This document shows, in pieces, positions 1 to 9,898 of a DNA stretch of 64,000 nt. Numbering within the stretch: position 1 is the stretch's first letter; each line of letters opens with the position of its first letter. Under the pieces are notes generated by a model. That model saw only the letters and a list, made by a program, of their open reading frames with translations. It did no database searches and was not told the DNA's origin. The DNA is from an uncultured virus (IMG/VR IMGVR_UViG_3300042383_001692). Taxonomy: Duplodnaviria > Heunggongvirae > Uroviricota > Caudoviricetes. The position numbers and the translations under genes were made by a program. The stretch is from the IMG/VR virus record IMGVR_UViG_3300042383_001692. One strand, given 5' to 3'.

Positions 1-109
1 CGAGAATGGTTGACCGGCAGTGGCAAAGCCTGTATTGCTTCTGCGCTGTGCGGCAGCGATGACTCTGGCACTGTATCCGCACAACACGGAATCAGCCACT
101 CAGTCGCTC

Positions 110-152
110 AATAAAAAAATAAAAAGCACCCGCCCTTTTTGAGGACGGGTGC
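110..152 (-). terminator. intrinsic terminator-like hairpin
   Basis: GCACCCG(C)CCT/AGG(A)CGGGTGC stem at 126-152 adjoining an A-run (U-tract on - strand). Confidence 0.6.
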
Positions 153-268
153 TGGGCCACGCGAGTGGCGTTCATTGTTTGTGCTGCTATTTGTGTGTGC
201 GCCGCAGCAGGGCGCTATTTAGTTGTTGGGTTTTGGTCACGCAGGTTATCCCTTATCCTGCGCCCCGG

Positions 269-535
269 TCAGCCGGGGTACGGGCGGCCAGCCGCGGCCC
301 ACGCCGCGGTGACCTCGGAATCGAAACGGAAGTCCTGGGCCCACGCCCAGTACTCCCCTCCCGTGAAGTCCGGCATCCACGCGCCATGGCGCGTGGACGA
401 GATGGGGGACAGCATGCCCCCCGTCTCGGCCCAAAGACGATCTTCGGCTTCCTGGCTCGTGGCCGCCGCCACGAGCCAGCTCTGCGTCTGGTACACGGCC
501 TGCGCCGTTACCACCCAGATTTTCGTTTCGTTCAT
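269..535 (-). CDS. small hypothetical protein
   Basis: 88-aa ATG ORF with protein-like composition lying between two terminator-like hairpins. Confidence 0.55.
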   Translation of the reverse strand: MNETKIWVVTAQAVYQTQSWLVAAATSQEAEDRLWAETGGMLSPISSTRHGAWMPDFTGGEYWAWAQDFRFDSEVTAAWAAAGRPYPG

Positions 536-624
536 GATCAGGGGCCTCCTGCCCCGAGCGTTCGGCCCGCCACGACGCCCAATGCGTCAGGGCCTACTGG
601 CTCATGAAAAAATAAAAAGAAGGA

Positions 625-661
625 AAATAAAAACGGGACACGGCGTCAAATGCCGTGTCCC
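625..661 (-). terminator. intrinsic terminator-like hairpin
   Basis: GGGACACGGC-7nt-GCCGTGTCCC perfect 10-bp stem (635-661) with adjacent A-rich tract. Confidence 0.65.
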
Positions 662-825
662 TGTGAACTATTGTAGGTTTTGGTATCGCGGGTTTGCCCT
701 TATCCCGCGGAAAGCTTCTCCTTTACCTGCTTTCGAGGTGTGCATGCAGCATTTGTCACCAAATGCGCATAAGGCGTCTACTCCCACTCAGCTTGCCCAG
801 TATGCTGAGGGGAGCGCCGTGCTGC

Positions 826-1047
826 TTACGCAACCTCGTCGAGACAAGCCCACAGGCGGCTCGCCTCAACGGCCGACGTCATTCCCAAAAGGACGACGTC
901 GTCGTTGCGCATGGCAACTGCAAGGGCCGGAAGGCTTTCGCCCTCAGCCCAAGCCAAGTCAAACATGGCGATCTCTTTCGAGGTCTCCATGCTGCTGGCT
1001 TTCGCAGCGCCATTCAGCAGCACAACAAAGAAGAATTTCTCCTTCAT
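826..1047 (-). CDS. small hypothetical protein (MKEKFFFVV...)
   Basis: in-frame ATG at 1047 within track ORF 826..1119; cassette position mirrors 269..535. Confidence 0.45.
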   Translation of the reverse strand: MKEKFFFVVLLNGAAKASSMETSKEIAMFDLAWAEGESLPALAVAMRNDDVVLLGMTSAVEASRLWACLDEVA

Positions 1048-1148
1048 GTTTTGCCAACTGGCATAGGATGCGGCTTCCCCATGCCATGCGAAATTGCAGG
1101 ACGATCCTGCAATGCGCACAGCCTTGAAGCCGCATCAACCTTTCGGTC

Positions 1149-1185
1149 AATAAAAATAAAAAACACCAGACGCTTAAGCGTCTGG
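1149..1185 (-). terminator. intrinsic terminator-like hairpin
   Basis: CCAGACGC-TTAA-GCGTCTGG (1166-1185) next to AATAAAAATAAAAAACA. Confidence 0.55.
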
Positions 1186-1348
1186 CAGCAAATGCAATCT
1201 TGCAAGCCCACCCACGGGGGAAGGGAGATGGGGGTGCGGGGGGAGGCAAAACGTTTGCCGGTCAGAAAACAAACCCGTATGCTCACTTTGGGCCTGTTTC
1301 CCCATGCAGCAATACCCCCAAAAATATTCTGAGTTTTCTCCACATGCT

Positions 1349-1354
1349 TATAAT
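1349..1354 (+). promoter_or_regulatory. -10 box (TATAAT) of putative leaderless promoter at start of morphogenesis operon
   Basis: TATAAT 8 nt upstream of ATG 1363, no SD. Confidence 0.55.
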
Positions 1355-1362
1355 CTCTGCAC

Positions 1363-1671
1363 ATGAAAGTCAGGAAGATTTATCTGGATCCGACGGCGGA
1401 GGTGCAGGAGTTTCCTCCTGGGTTGTTTGAGGTATACACACCGGCTTCCCAGGAAGGACAGCATTCCTACTTGATTTCCCCGATTTTTGCCGGCAAAACC
1501 ACATGGCAGAAAAGGCACACTATGCTTCGCTTCTATATTGGAAGGCGGGGATTTGTGTTTGTGTGGAGAGAAAGGCCTGGGCCGTCCGGTTTTGACGCCA
1601 AAAACGGTATGATTTCCGTTGGGTTTTGGAGATTTGTATTTAACAGCTTTCTTGTACCGGAGAAAAAATGA
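1363..1671 (+). CDS. hypothetical protein
   Basis: first ORF of + operon; ATGA overlap with next gene. Confidence 0.6.
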   Translation: MKVRKIYLDPTAEVQEFPPGLFEVYTPASQEGQHSYLISPIFAGKTTWQKRHTMLRFYIGRRGFVFVWRERPGPSGFDAKNGMISVGFWRFVFNSFLVPEKK

Positions 1672-2009
1672 ACCCGCAGGAATACATTGAGGAGACCAGA
1701 AGGACGCGTCCGCCCAAGAAGGGGAGGCTTGACCTGCATTTTGTGCAAAGCGGGATGGGAATTGCTTCGGAGGCTGGAGAAATTCTGGGATTGATTGAGA
1801 AATCGTACTGTCAGGGCCACAATGTTGACCAGGCAAAGCTCAAAAAAGAGGTGGGAGACCTTATGTGGTACGCGGCAATGCTGCTGGATGAGTTTGACTG
1901 GACGTTTGAAGAGGTATTTGACGCAAATATTGCCAAGCTGAAAGCCAGATATCCGGAAAAATTCACCGCAGAGGACAGTATTCGAAGAAAGGACGTGGAT
2001 TATGGCTAA
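1668..2009 (+). CDS. MazG-like nucleotide pyrophosphohydrolase
   Basis: GIASEAGEI...KEVGDLMWY...NIAKLKARYP, typical phage MazG signature. Confidence 0.9.
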   Translation: MNPQEYIEETRRTRPPKKGRLDLHFVQSGMGIASEAGEILGLIEKSYCQGHNVDQAKLKKEVGDLMWYAAMLLDEFDWTFEEVFDANIAKLKARYPEKFTAEDSIRRKDVDYG

Positions 2010-3747
2010 AGCAAGCTTGGGAAAAGGGGATTTGGCGATTATTCAGGAGGCGCAGGACCTTCAAAACCCCGGAATTTTTACCTCGTACTACTTCAGACCC
2101 GCGGACAATCCTGAATCCGCGGGTTTTACTGTATTTCCCACTCATGCGCGCTACGAGCCGTACAAAGAATACTGGGAAAAGAACGGAAAGCCCAAGGAAT
2201 TTGCCGCGGAAATCAGCGAAATCACATTTGACGTAGAAGCAAAAAAGGATTCAGAGACCGGAAGAACGGTATTTTTTGAAAAACGAGGCTATGTGCCGCT
2301 GCAGTGGCATTTGGATTTTTATCGATCACAGCAACTGGAGCGGTACGTGATTGGGCTGGCTGGATCGGGAAAGACCATGGGCATTGGCGCATTGGCTATG
2401 TACATGTGCGCCACAATCCCAAATTTCAAATTTGTAAATGTGGCTCCCACGCAGTTTCAGTCGCGACAAATGTTGAACGCCATTCGGGACGTAGTGGGCA
2501 ACACGCTGTTTACGCAAAAATTTGTGGCGTGGCACGGAAAGAAATGGTTTGTGGAAGCGCCGTACATTCGCATTGACTTTCAAAACGGCAGTTCGGCGGA
2601 ATTCATGAACGTGGACAAGAACGCTGAAAACATTCAGTCGAGCTACGGCGACTGGTACAACATTGATGAAGCGGGACTGCTGAACGAGCTGGATGAGTTT
2701 GGCAGGGAAAGTCTGGCGGGCATTTTGATTGGCGTAGCGTCAAGAATGAGAGCAACTGCGCCGGGCGGCCGTCCAAGAATGGGTTTGCTGAGCCTAATTA
2801 GTATGGCGTATGACTGCGACACACTGTGGGATCGATATGAGGCGTCGCTTGTACCAAATAAAACCAGCTGGGGCCGTTTGGTGACGCACAAGGACAACCC
2901 GTACCTGAGCAAAGCAGACATTGCGCGCATTGAACGCAATGCAAAGGAAGCCGGCGTAGAGGATCAGTGGATAAAGGGGTTGCGGCCGCAGCCGATGGGC
3001 TCGGAAATCAGCGAAAAGATCATTCGGCCCGTATTTGTTGCTTCCAAAAATGAAATCGCCAAAGCGTCGTTTGAAAACGGAGAAGAAGGGTGGGAATATC
3101 ACAGCGGCTCAATGGGCGTGTACTGGTATGAAGAGCCCAGAAAACGCGATCACATTTATATGATGGCTGGAGACCCGGGGCAGGGCAATGCGCCGGACAG
3201 AAACGCTCCAACCATTCTTGTGTGGGACGTAACGGAGTTTCCGGAAGGACCTGCGCAGCTGGCGGCGTTCTGGTGGGGATTTGGCAACGGACGTTATCAG
3301 CCGTTCATCCAGAAATTTGAATCCCTGATTCACAAATACCGCGTAGACGAGATGTATCGAGGATACGACAGCACAGCCAGCCAAAAAGCCATTGCGGAGC
3401 TGAGCTTTGAAGCAGGTGGGTTGCCGGTGCTGCCGCTGGGATTTGATGGCATAAAAAAGTGGCAATATCTCAACGCGTTAAAAATTATTTTGGGAAGAGA
3501 ATTGCTAAAAGCACCGGAGATTGATGGATTACGAAAACAACTATCTCGATACCGCATTCCAGACACCAAAATCAGCCAAGACCTGGTTTCGGCAATGGCG
3601 ATGTGCGCTTTCCTCATGTATCCGCTCTACCGGATGGCGTATCCGGAAGTGGACGAGGGACAGGATCTACGCACTTGGGGCGTTTCTGATCCGATTAGCC
3701 GAAACACTCGAAGGCACTACGACCGCGGAGGTAGAGGGGCGAGATAA
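2002..3747 (+). CDS. terL: terminase large subunit
   Basis: Walker A GLAGSGKT, VAPT motif, Walker B WYNIDEAG, RNase H-like AGDPG and C-terminal QDLVSAMA; upstream of portal. Confidence 0.9.
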   Translation: MAKASLGKGDLAIIQEAQDLQNPGIFTSYYFRPADNPESAGFTVFPTHARYEPYKEYWEKNGKPKEFAAEISEITFDVEAKKDSETGRTVFFEKRGYVPLQWHLDFYRSQQLERYVIGLAGSGKTMGIGALAMYMCATIPNFKFVNVAPTQFQSRQMLNAIRDVVGNTLFTQKFVAWHGKKWFVEAPYIRIDFQNGSSAEFMNVDKNAENIQSSYGDWYNIDEAGLLNELDEFGRESLAGILIGVASRMRATAPGGRPRMGLLSLISMAYDCDTLWDRYEASLVPNKTSWGRLVTHKDNPYLSKADIARIERNAKEAGVEDQWIKGLRPQPMGSEISEKIIRPVFVASKNEIAKASFENGEEGWEYHSGSMGVYWYEEPRKRDHIYMMAGDPGQGNAPDRNAPTILVWDVTEFPEGPAQLAAFWWGFGNGRYQPFIQKFESLIHKYRVDEMYRGYDSTASQKAIAELSFEAGGLPVLPLGFDGIKKWQYLNALKIILGRELLKAPEIDGLRKQLSRYRIPDTKISQDLVSAMAMCAFLMYPLYRMAYPEVDEGQDLRTWGVSDPISRNTRRHYDRGGRGAR

Positions 3748-3783
3748 ACGCCGCCGGTACGACCGCGACAGGAGCAGAGCAAG

Positions 3784-5358
3784 ATGATATCTACAACCAT
3801 TCTCAACAACCTTGCCGACATGACCGTCGGCGCAACGCCTCCTCCGTTGTCGGTCAAGCCGGGCCCTCCGCTGACCGCGTGGTTCAACCAGGCGCAAAAC
3901 TATCGCAAGTGGTGGCGCTGGTACAGCGGAGAAGAGCTGCATCGCGTAGATGGAAATGCGCGCACCAGCACGGGAGAGCCGGCATACGTATTTCCTTTGC
4001 GCATCAACCCGTTCAAATGGATTGCGTCTAAGCATGTCAGCGCATTGTTTGGCGATGTGCCGGATCAGGCGGACTGCCTGGTTAAGGTCAGCTTTTTGAA
4101 CAAGGACGGCATCAAGGACGACGCGTGTGAACACGCTGCACGAGTAATCAACACAATCTGGGAAGAAAGCAATGGGCGAGAAATACAACTTGAGGCCGCA
4201 ACAGTATCTCAGTTTTTGGGCGGCTGTTATTTCTTTCCTCGATACGAACCGACCAATCCCCGGCTTTCGTATGGGCTGCGGTTCCAGATGGTTCTTCCTG
4301 ATTTTGTGGTTCCTATTTTTAGCCCTGCTGATTACTGGAGCCTGGAAGAAGTCTGGATGATGTATTTCATCACTGTAGACGAAGCCAAGAGCCGATATGG
4401 AGTGGACGTGCAGGGCGTAGGCGGCAAGGTAATTTACGCAGAGCATTGGACCAAAGACATCTACGAAATCCAGATTGGCGGTCAGGTGCCGACCATGCGA
4501 GTAGGAGATGTGGAGATGGTCATGTCTCAGCCTAATCCATTTGGATTTGTGCCGGTGGTGTACATTCCGCATCCGCCGCGCGTAGGCACGTATTACGGCA
4601 CGGGGCATGTGGACGACGTGTCCGGATTGATTGAAGAGCTAAATCGACGCGTGTCGGACATCGGAGATTTTATTGACGAAGTCAGCCATCGCCTGCTGGT
4701 AATGCGCAATGTCAACGCAAAGGTCAGCGAACAAAAGATTACCAATCGCTATTCCTCCATCAACATCGGATCGGGATCAGCCATTGCCGCAGGAAAAGGA
4801 GAGCCGGAGGTGTATCAGCTGACTATGGACGCCACCGGCACCGCGCAGCACGATTTTATTCGGCTGCTGCTGGACATGATCGACCGCAGCGCCAACTTGT
4901 CGGGCGTGGCGCACGGCATGGACGAAGGCAGCCAGCGAAGCGGCGTGACGCTGGCAACAAGAATGTGGCCGCTGGCGGCGCACGCCAAGGACGAGCGCAC
5001 GATGTGGACGACCGGTCTGCGCGAGCTGCACAAAATGGCGCTGCGCATGCTGGTGCACATTCAAAAAGTAAGCGCCTTCAATGCAAAAGTGACGCAGGAG
5101 CACGTGGATTTGAAGCCTCAGATTGGGTGGAACTCCATGCTCCCTCTGGATCGCGACGCATTGGTCAACGAGATGGTGCAGCGTTTCAGCATGAACCTGG
5201 TGTCCAGAGAGCAGGCCATTCGGGAAATGCACGATGGATCGGACATTTCAGAGGAAATTGCTCGCATTGCATCAGACATGGAAATGGACAAACAAAACGA
5301 AATTGATTTGGCTAAGGCGTCGCATCCGCCAACTCCACCATCTTCTGCGCAAAAGTGA
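3784..5358 (+). CDS. portal protein (SPP1 gp6-like)
   Basis: 524 aa directly after TerL; NPFGFVPVVYIP, SGVTL motifs typical of SPP1-type portals. Confidence 0.85.
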   Translation: MISTTILNNLADMTVGATPPPLSVKPGPPLTAWFNQAQNYRKWWRWYSGEELHRVDGNARTSTGEPAYVFPLRINPFKWIASKHVSALFGDVPDQADCLVKVSFLNKDGIKDDACEHAARVINTIWEESNGREIQLEAATVSQFLGGCYFFPRYEPTNPRLSYGLRFQMVLPDFVVPIFSPADYWSLEEVWMMYFITVDEAKSRYGVDVQGVGGKVIYAEHWTKDIYEIQIGGQVPTMRVGDVEMVMSQPNPFGFVPVVYIPHPPRVGTYYGTGHVDDVSGLIEELNRRVSDIGDFIDEVSHRLLVMRNVNAKVSEQKITNRYSSINIGSGSAIAAGKGEPEVYQLTMDATGTAQHDFIRLLLDMIDRSANLSGVAHGMDEGSQRSGVTLATRMWPLAAHAKDERTMWTTGLRELHKMALRMLVHIQKVSAFNAKVTQEHVDLKPQIGWNSMLPLDRDALVNEMVQRFSMNLVSREQAIREMHDGSDISEEIARIASDMEMDKQNEIDLAKASHPPTPPSSAQK

Positions 5359-5363
5359 CGCAA

Positions 5364-5394
5364 ACTTGTGATAATTTGTGATAACTTGTGATAT
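5364..5394 (+). repeat. three tandem 10-bp-phased repeats of TTGTGATA
   Basis: acttgtgata atttgtgata acttgtgata in portal-scaffold spacer. Confidence 0.8.
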
Positions 5395-5415
5395 ATTCTC
5401 AAAGCCAGCGGCACG

Positions 5416-6093
5416 ATGATTCCTGCTGCTCGCAACAAGCATATGGAAGGCGAAATCAACAGCCAGGCAGGGCAACCGGAGACGGATCCCGCCTCGCAGC
5501 AGAACGAATCGATTGAACAACTTCGAGCACGAAACGGAGGCTTGAACCGCGCCTATCAAAAGCTTCAGCAGGAATCCCAGCAAAAAGTTTCATCGCTGGA
5601 AGGACTTGTCGCTGAGCTTACCGGCAAGGTAAAGACCTACGAATCGTCTCTCAACGACTTTACGAAACAAGTTGATTCGTACAAGTCAAAGGAATCAGAA
5701 TATCTTGAGCGAATGTCCAGCCTGGAACAGCAGTCCGCCAATATGCAGGCCAGTCTGGAGCGCCAAAAGATTTTCATGCTTCCTCCAGATCAGGGCGGAT
5801 TCAACGATCTTGCGGCCCTCGAGGCCAAAGGTTTGTTGCGCACCGATCTGAAAGCTGGTGACGAACTCACGCAGTATCTGCAGACTTACCGCGAGACCAT
5901 CGGCGCCAACCGAAGAGACGCGGTTCAGCAGACGCTGAAAGGCGCTACTCCTCCGGTCAACGGAACAACCAAGGCAGACGCTGTTCCGGACAAGGAAATG
6001 TTGTATGGGCAGATGATCAAAGCTTTGCAATCCGGAAACCAGGAGGAATTTCAAAAGCTTAATGCAATGTGGATTGAAAGTCACAATAAGTGA
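5416..6093 (+). CDS. capsid scaffolding protein
   Basis: coiled-coil, Q/E-rich ORF between portal and capsid; start could be 5443. Confidence 0.7.
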   Translation: MIPAARNKHMEGEINSQAGQPETDPASQQNESIEQLRARNGGLNRAYQKLQQESQQKVSSLEGLVAELTGKVKTYESSLNDFTKQVDSYKSKESEYLERMSSLEQQSANMQASLERQKIFMLPPDQGGFNDLAALEAKGLLRTDLKAGDELTQYLQTYRETIGANRRDAVQQTLKGATPPVNGTTKADAVPDKEMLYGQMIKALQSGNQEEFQKLNAMWIESHNK

Positions 6094-6117
6094 TTTTGAT
6101 CTTTACCGAGGTAAGAA

Positions 6118-7509
6118 ATGGCAGAATACTCTACCAATTACACGACCGATCCCTGGTCGGGCATCAGCTCGAACCAGAGAACGGTCTATGATCCTTCGCT
6201 GATGGAGGTGTACCGCCGCAACACGACGTACACCGATTTGGTCCCGTATGCCACGCAGCCGATGCTGCCAAGCAACGCGCCGCTCATGGTTCTCAACTCG
6301 GTGTTTGATTACGAAATCAACACCAACGTGACGACCGAGAATCGCTATTTTGAGCCGGCTCCATCGTATCTTGATGGTCGCCAGGTGGAAATTCGCTTTG
6401 AGCGCTACACCTGGGCCACTGCGCTGAACAAGTACGACGAGATGGTCAACTACTGGAACCAGCCGGGCGGCATTGTGAACATTGCCCGCTCGCGCATGGG
6501 CCTGAACATCACGCAGACCACGGATCGCCTGATCCGCGATGCGTTCCTGCAGACCAACCGCATTACGCTGGCTTCAAGCTCGGCGACGGGTGCGGGGCAG
6601 CTGACCAGCACGGATACGTTCTCGCTTGACATGATCGACGATGCGATCCTGCGCGCGCAGAACGAGAACGTGTGGAACAGCCCGGCTCCGGGACTGGCGG
6701 CTGGCACGCTGCTGTGCGTCGGCACGCCTGGTCAGCACTACAACATCATTACGGGTCCGACCAACTCAAAGTGGATTGAACTGCAGAAGTATGCCAGCCT
6801 GAAGCCGTTCAACCAGTATGAAATGGGCTCGTATCACAGCTCGCGGCATGTGTTCTCGTCAATCAACACGCTGATGAACTGCGGCGCAATTGCGCATCAG
6901 TCGAACGTGACCGCCGCCGCTGGCCCGCTGGACGGCGCTCCGGATCCGGTGACGACCAAGGTCGACAACGTGTACAAGGTTGGTCAGGAAAGCGCCACGC
7001 ACGGCGTGACCGTGGCCAACGCATCTGGCTTCAACGTTGGCGACATCGTCACGATTCACAAGGTCAAGAACCAGGCTGGGGCCGTGGCCGCGCAGCCCAA
7101 GCTGCGCGTCCTGAACGGCGTGTCGTACAACGACGGCACGGCTGTGGATCGCCGCATTGTGGCAAAGGACGGCAACGTGATCAGTTTTGATCGCCCGCTG
7201 CTCAAGGACTTCACGACCGAGATCAACGCGTCGGGCACCGGCGCTGCAGCCTCGGGCACAGGCGTGTACGGCTTTGTCACCAAGGCGTTGTCGCTGCACA
7301 TCAACCTGATGCTGGCCGACACGATGGGCGTAATCTGCGGCGTCATGGTGCCGCCTCGCCTTTACGCACCTCGCCCGATCGACCTGTATGAGTCGGTCTA
7401 CCGCATGGGCTGGGATGCGTACTGGAAGTTCCAGCTGTTCAAGCCGGAGGCCTTTGAGGTCTTCGTCACGGCTGGCCCGACCAGAATCGCTGGCAACAAG
7501 TTCTCGTAA
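6118..7509 (+). CDS. major capsid protein with inserted beta domain
   Basis: GAGGT SD, strongly biased codons, position after scaffold, C-terminal DLYESVYRMGW motif, followed by terminator. Confidence 0.85.
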   Translation: MAEYSTNYTTDPWSGISSNQRTVYDPSLMEVYRRNTTYTDLVPYATQPMLPSNAPLMVLNSVFDYEINTNVTTENRYFEPAPSYLDGRQVEIRFERYTWATALNKYDEMVNYWNQPGGIVNIARSRMGLNITQTTDRLIRDAFLQTNRITLASSSATGAGQLTSTDTFSLDMIDDAILRAQNENVWNSPAPGLAAGTLLCVGTPGQHYNIITGPTNSKWIELQKYASLKPFNQYEMGSYHSSRHVFSSINTLMNCGAIAHQSNVTAAAGPLDGAPDPVTTKVDNVYKVGQESATHGVTVANASGFNVGDIVTIHKVKNQAGAVAAQPKLRVLNGVSYNDGTAVDRRIVAKDGNVISFDRPLLKDFTTEINASGTGAAASGTGVYGFVTKALSLHINLMLADTMGVICGVMVPPRLYAPRPIDLYESVYRMGWDAYWKFQLFKPEAFEVFVTAGPTRIAGNKFS

Positions 7510-7525
7510 GAGACAAAAGGAGGAG

Positions 7526-7552
7526 GGGGAGCTGAAAAGCTCCCCTTTTTTT
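7526..7552 (+). terminator. rho-independent terminator
   Basis: GGGGAGCT-GAAA-AGCTCCCC-T7. Confidence 0.9.
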
Positions 7553-7556
7553 ATCT

Positions 7557-8201
7557 ATGCCAACTACCTGGACTCAAATCAACACTGAAATCGGCGTATT
7601 GCTGGAAGATCCAAACATGACCTCGTACAACGAGGAATTGCGAAAGAACTGCCTAAATCGCGCCATGGAATATTTTGCCGTTACGCACACAGCGCTTTTA
7701 AAGTCTGCGGAAGTGACGGCAAGCGCAAGCAGCTTAATTGCGTATCCGGATGATTTTATTGATGCGCCGGACGGGTGCGTAGAAGTCAACTGGAAAGACA
7801 AAAGCCGATGGCTGCAGGAAGAGGAAATTGCGCAAGGCATGGGATTCCCAAGAGAAGGATACATCCCCATGCACAACGGAATTTTTTTGTTTACAAAAGA
7901 ATACGACGCTTTGAAGTTGTGGTATTTTGCCAAATATCCGGCAATTACAGGCGGAAACAGTCAAATTTTGATTCCTGCATGGTCGCAATGGGCGGTAATG
8001 AACCTGGCCTGCGCATACATGCTGTATCCGGGCATGATGAACCAACAGATGCTGCGTCAGTTTCAAAACAGAAGAGACGCTGGTTCTCCGGAAGACAATC
8101 CGCCACGCGCACAAGCAAGATTTTTGATGACGATTTACGCAGACACAGTGACTAAAGTCAAAGCTCAGGATCGCGGATTTATTTACAGGAGGCCTAAGTA
8201 A
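7557..8201 (+). CDS. head-tail adaptor protein
   Basis: position after capsid; helical N-terminus, YPDDF and LWYFAKYP segments like phage adaptor families. Confidence 0.65.
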   Translation: MPTTWTQINTEIGVLLEDPNMTSYNEELRKNCLNRAMEYFAVTHTALLKSAEVTASASSLIAYPDDFIDAPDGCVEVNWKDKSRWLQEEEIAQGMGFPREGYIPMHNGIFLFTKEYDALKLWYFAKYPAITGGNSQILIPAWSQWAVMNLACAYMLYPGMMNQQMLRQFQNRRDAGSPEDNPPRAQARFLMTIYADTVTKVKAQDRGFIYRRPK

Positions 8202-8750
8202 ATGGCTGCCATTATTGATTTGATTACCGCAAAAGTTGTTGAAGAGCTGACAAAAAGCATGATCACAAATGAAGCGGACGAAAATATTCATCCCGGCTTG
8301 ATTCGCGGCGGCCTGCTGCAGGAAAACCCGGTGCCGTATCGGATTGTTGTGCTAGTGCATCACAACGACCCGGAAGATGTTGGCACCAATCCATACTGGT
8401 CGGATATTGCCGCGCACAACGACGAGGTGTCTGGGTGGAAAGTTCCAGCAGCGGAAGTGGGCGGCGGATATTTTCTGTCTCGCAGATTTGTCATAGACAT
8501 CAAAATCTATTTTGTGCAGACCAGAGAAAACAGGGCCACTGCTCGAGAATACGCAACCAAAGTGATTGAAAATGCAGAAGCGGCTATTGCCGGCGCAAGC
8601 TGTTCTTCCTGGGGCATCCAGTCCTCTTCCGGAGAAATTCCCTTGCAGGCGCGCATTTTTAAAGTCATCAGTTCAGAAGGCGGTGGTCCGCCGTCCAGTC
8701 ACATCTGGTCCTCAAAAATCATGTTCAGCGTTCTTACTGAAAAGCCATGA
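8202..8750 (+). CDS. head completion / tail terminator-like protein
   Basis: synteny and size only. Confidence 0.5.
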   Translation: MAAIIDLITAKVVEELTKSMITNEADENIHPGLIRGGLLQENPVPYRIVVLVHHNDPEDVGTNPYWSDIAAHNDEVSGWKVPAAEVGGGYFLSRRFVIDIKIYFVQTRENRATAREYATKVIENAEAAIAGASCSSWGIQSSSGEIPLQARIFKVISSEGGGPPSSHIWSSKIMFSVLTEKP

Positions 8751-9898
8751 AAAAGCCGCTTACTGTTCTTGGCGTGCTTGCCAATATAGAAAAGGCGCAC
8801 GGATGCGAAGCGTATCGATTGATGTATCCGCTTCGCGCGCTGGAAATGCTGGGGTGTTTTGTGTCTGTGGCAAAAGGCAATGAAATTGTTGCTTCATTTG
8901 AAAAAAACAGAAACCCTTTGCAGGGTATAGACGTCATGCTGTTTCAGCGTTTGATTGTCAAAAATCCAAAAGAAAAAGAGGCTGTTTCTGTTTTTACAAA
9001 AGCGTTTCGCGCGGCGGGAATTGCCATTATTGTGGACTACGACGACGATTACACAAATCAGCACATGAAGGTGACAGACGGCGTGCTTCCGGATTTAAGA
9101 GAGTATTCCGCTGTCTCTGTGTCTACGCCGGAGTTGGCAGAGTTGATGCGACCGTTTTCCTCAAAAACAGTAGTGCATCCCAACGGAATTGTGCCAGAGC
9201 TGTTTGACACCAGGCGATTTAAGCGGTTTATTCCCAAACTGTCTATTGGTCTAACAGGGAGTGAAAGTCACAAAGAAGATTGGAAACCGGCAGTGCAGGC
9301 CGTAAAGTCGATTTTGTCCAAAAGAAAAGACGTCAATGTGTTTGTTTCGGGGTATGTGCCGGAAGACTTGAAGGGGGTGCCCGGCGTTCGCACCCTGCGG
9401 GAATTTGTATCCAACGCAGATCGAGACAATTTTTTTGTAGATCTCGACAGCTACGGCGGCATTCACGCCAACATTGACATTCTGCTGTGTCCGGTGGATC
9501 CAAAAAACAAATTCAATCACTATAAAAGCAACCTGAAGTCCATTGAGGGAATGGCTTCCGCCAGAAGTTTTGGAAACAAAACAGGGGGAAGCTGCGTAAT
9601 TGCCACGGGCGGAAACTTGCCTATCTACAAAAACTCTGTTTTGCACAGAGAGACAGGCCTTTTGGTTGACGACCATCACAACCCGGACGCCTGGGAGGCC
9701 GCCATTATGGAAGTTGCAAACAATGTAGAATTACGCAATAAATTGCAGATTGCGGGCTACCAGCACTGCATGAAGCACTTTACAGTGCATAAGTTTGCCG
9801 AAGAGCGTTTGGCGACGTATCGCCGGCTGGCTTATGAAGCAAAGCGTGATTCAAGCAAGTACATGGCGGAACTTGCTTTACTGGAGAAAATAATATGA
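8747..9898 (+). CDS. GT-B glycosyltransferase
   Basis: GCEAYRL, FQR, DYDDD, VSTPEL, GSESH..D, FNHYKSNLKSIE, TGLLV motifs of phage GT-B (GT4-like) enzymes. Confidence 0.85.
   Translation: MKKPLTVLGVLANIEKAHGCEAYRLMYPLRALEMLGCFVSVAKGNEIVASFEKNRNPLQGIDVMLFQRLIVKNPKEKEAVSVFTKAFRAAGIAIIVDYDDDYTNQHMKVTDGVLPDLREYSAVSVSTPELAELMRPFSSKTVVHPNGIVPELFDTRRFKRFIPKLSIGLTGSESHKEDWKPAVQAVKSILSKRKDVNVFVSGYVPEDLKGVPGVRTLREFVSNADRDNFFVDLDSYGGIHANIDILLCPVDPKNKFNHYKSNLKSIEGMASARSFGNKTGGSCVIATGGNLPIYKNSVLHRETGLLVDDHHNPDAWEAAIMEVANNVELRNKLQIAGYQHCMKHFTVHKFAEERLATYRRLAYEAKRDSSKYMAELALLEKII

Noticed and set aside
165..1332. Long + strand ORFs 149..607, 165..1127, 694..1332
   Set aside because: Arg/Pro-rich, cross terminator hairpins and A-tracts; - strand small ORFs fit better
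3718..3767. TACGACCGCG direct repeat at terL end
   Set aside because: Two 10-bp copies only, partly coding; compatible with chance or a small duplication
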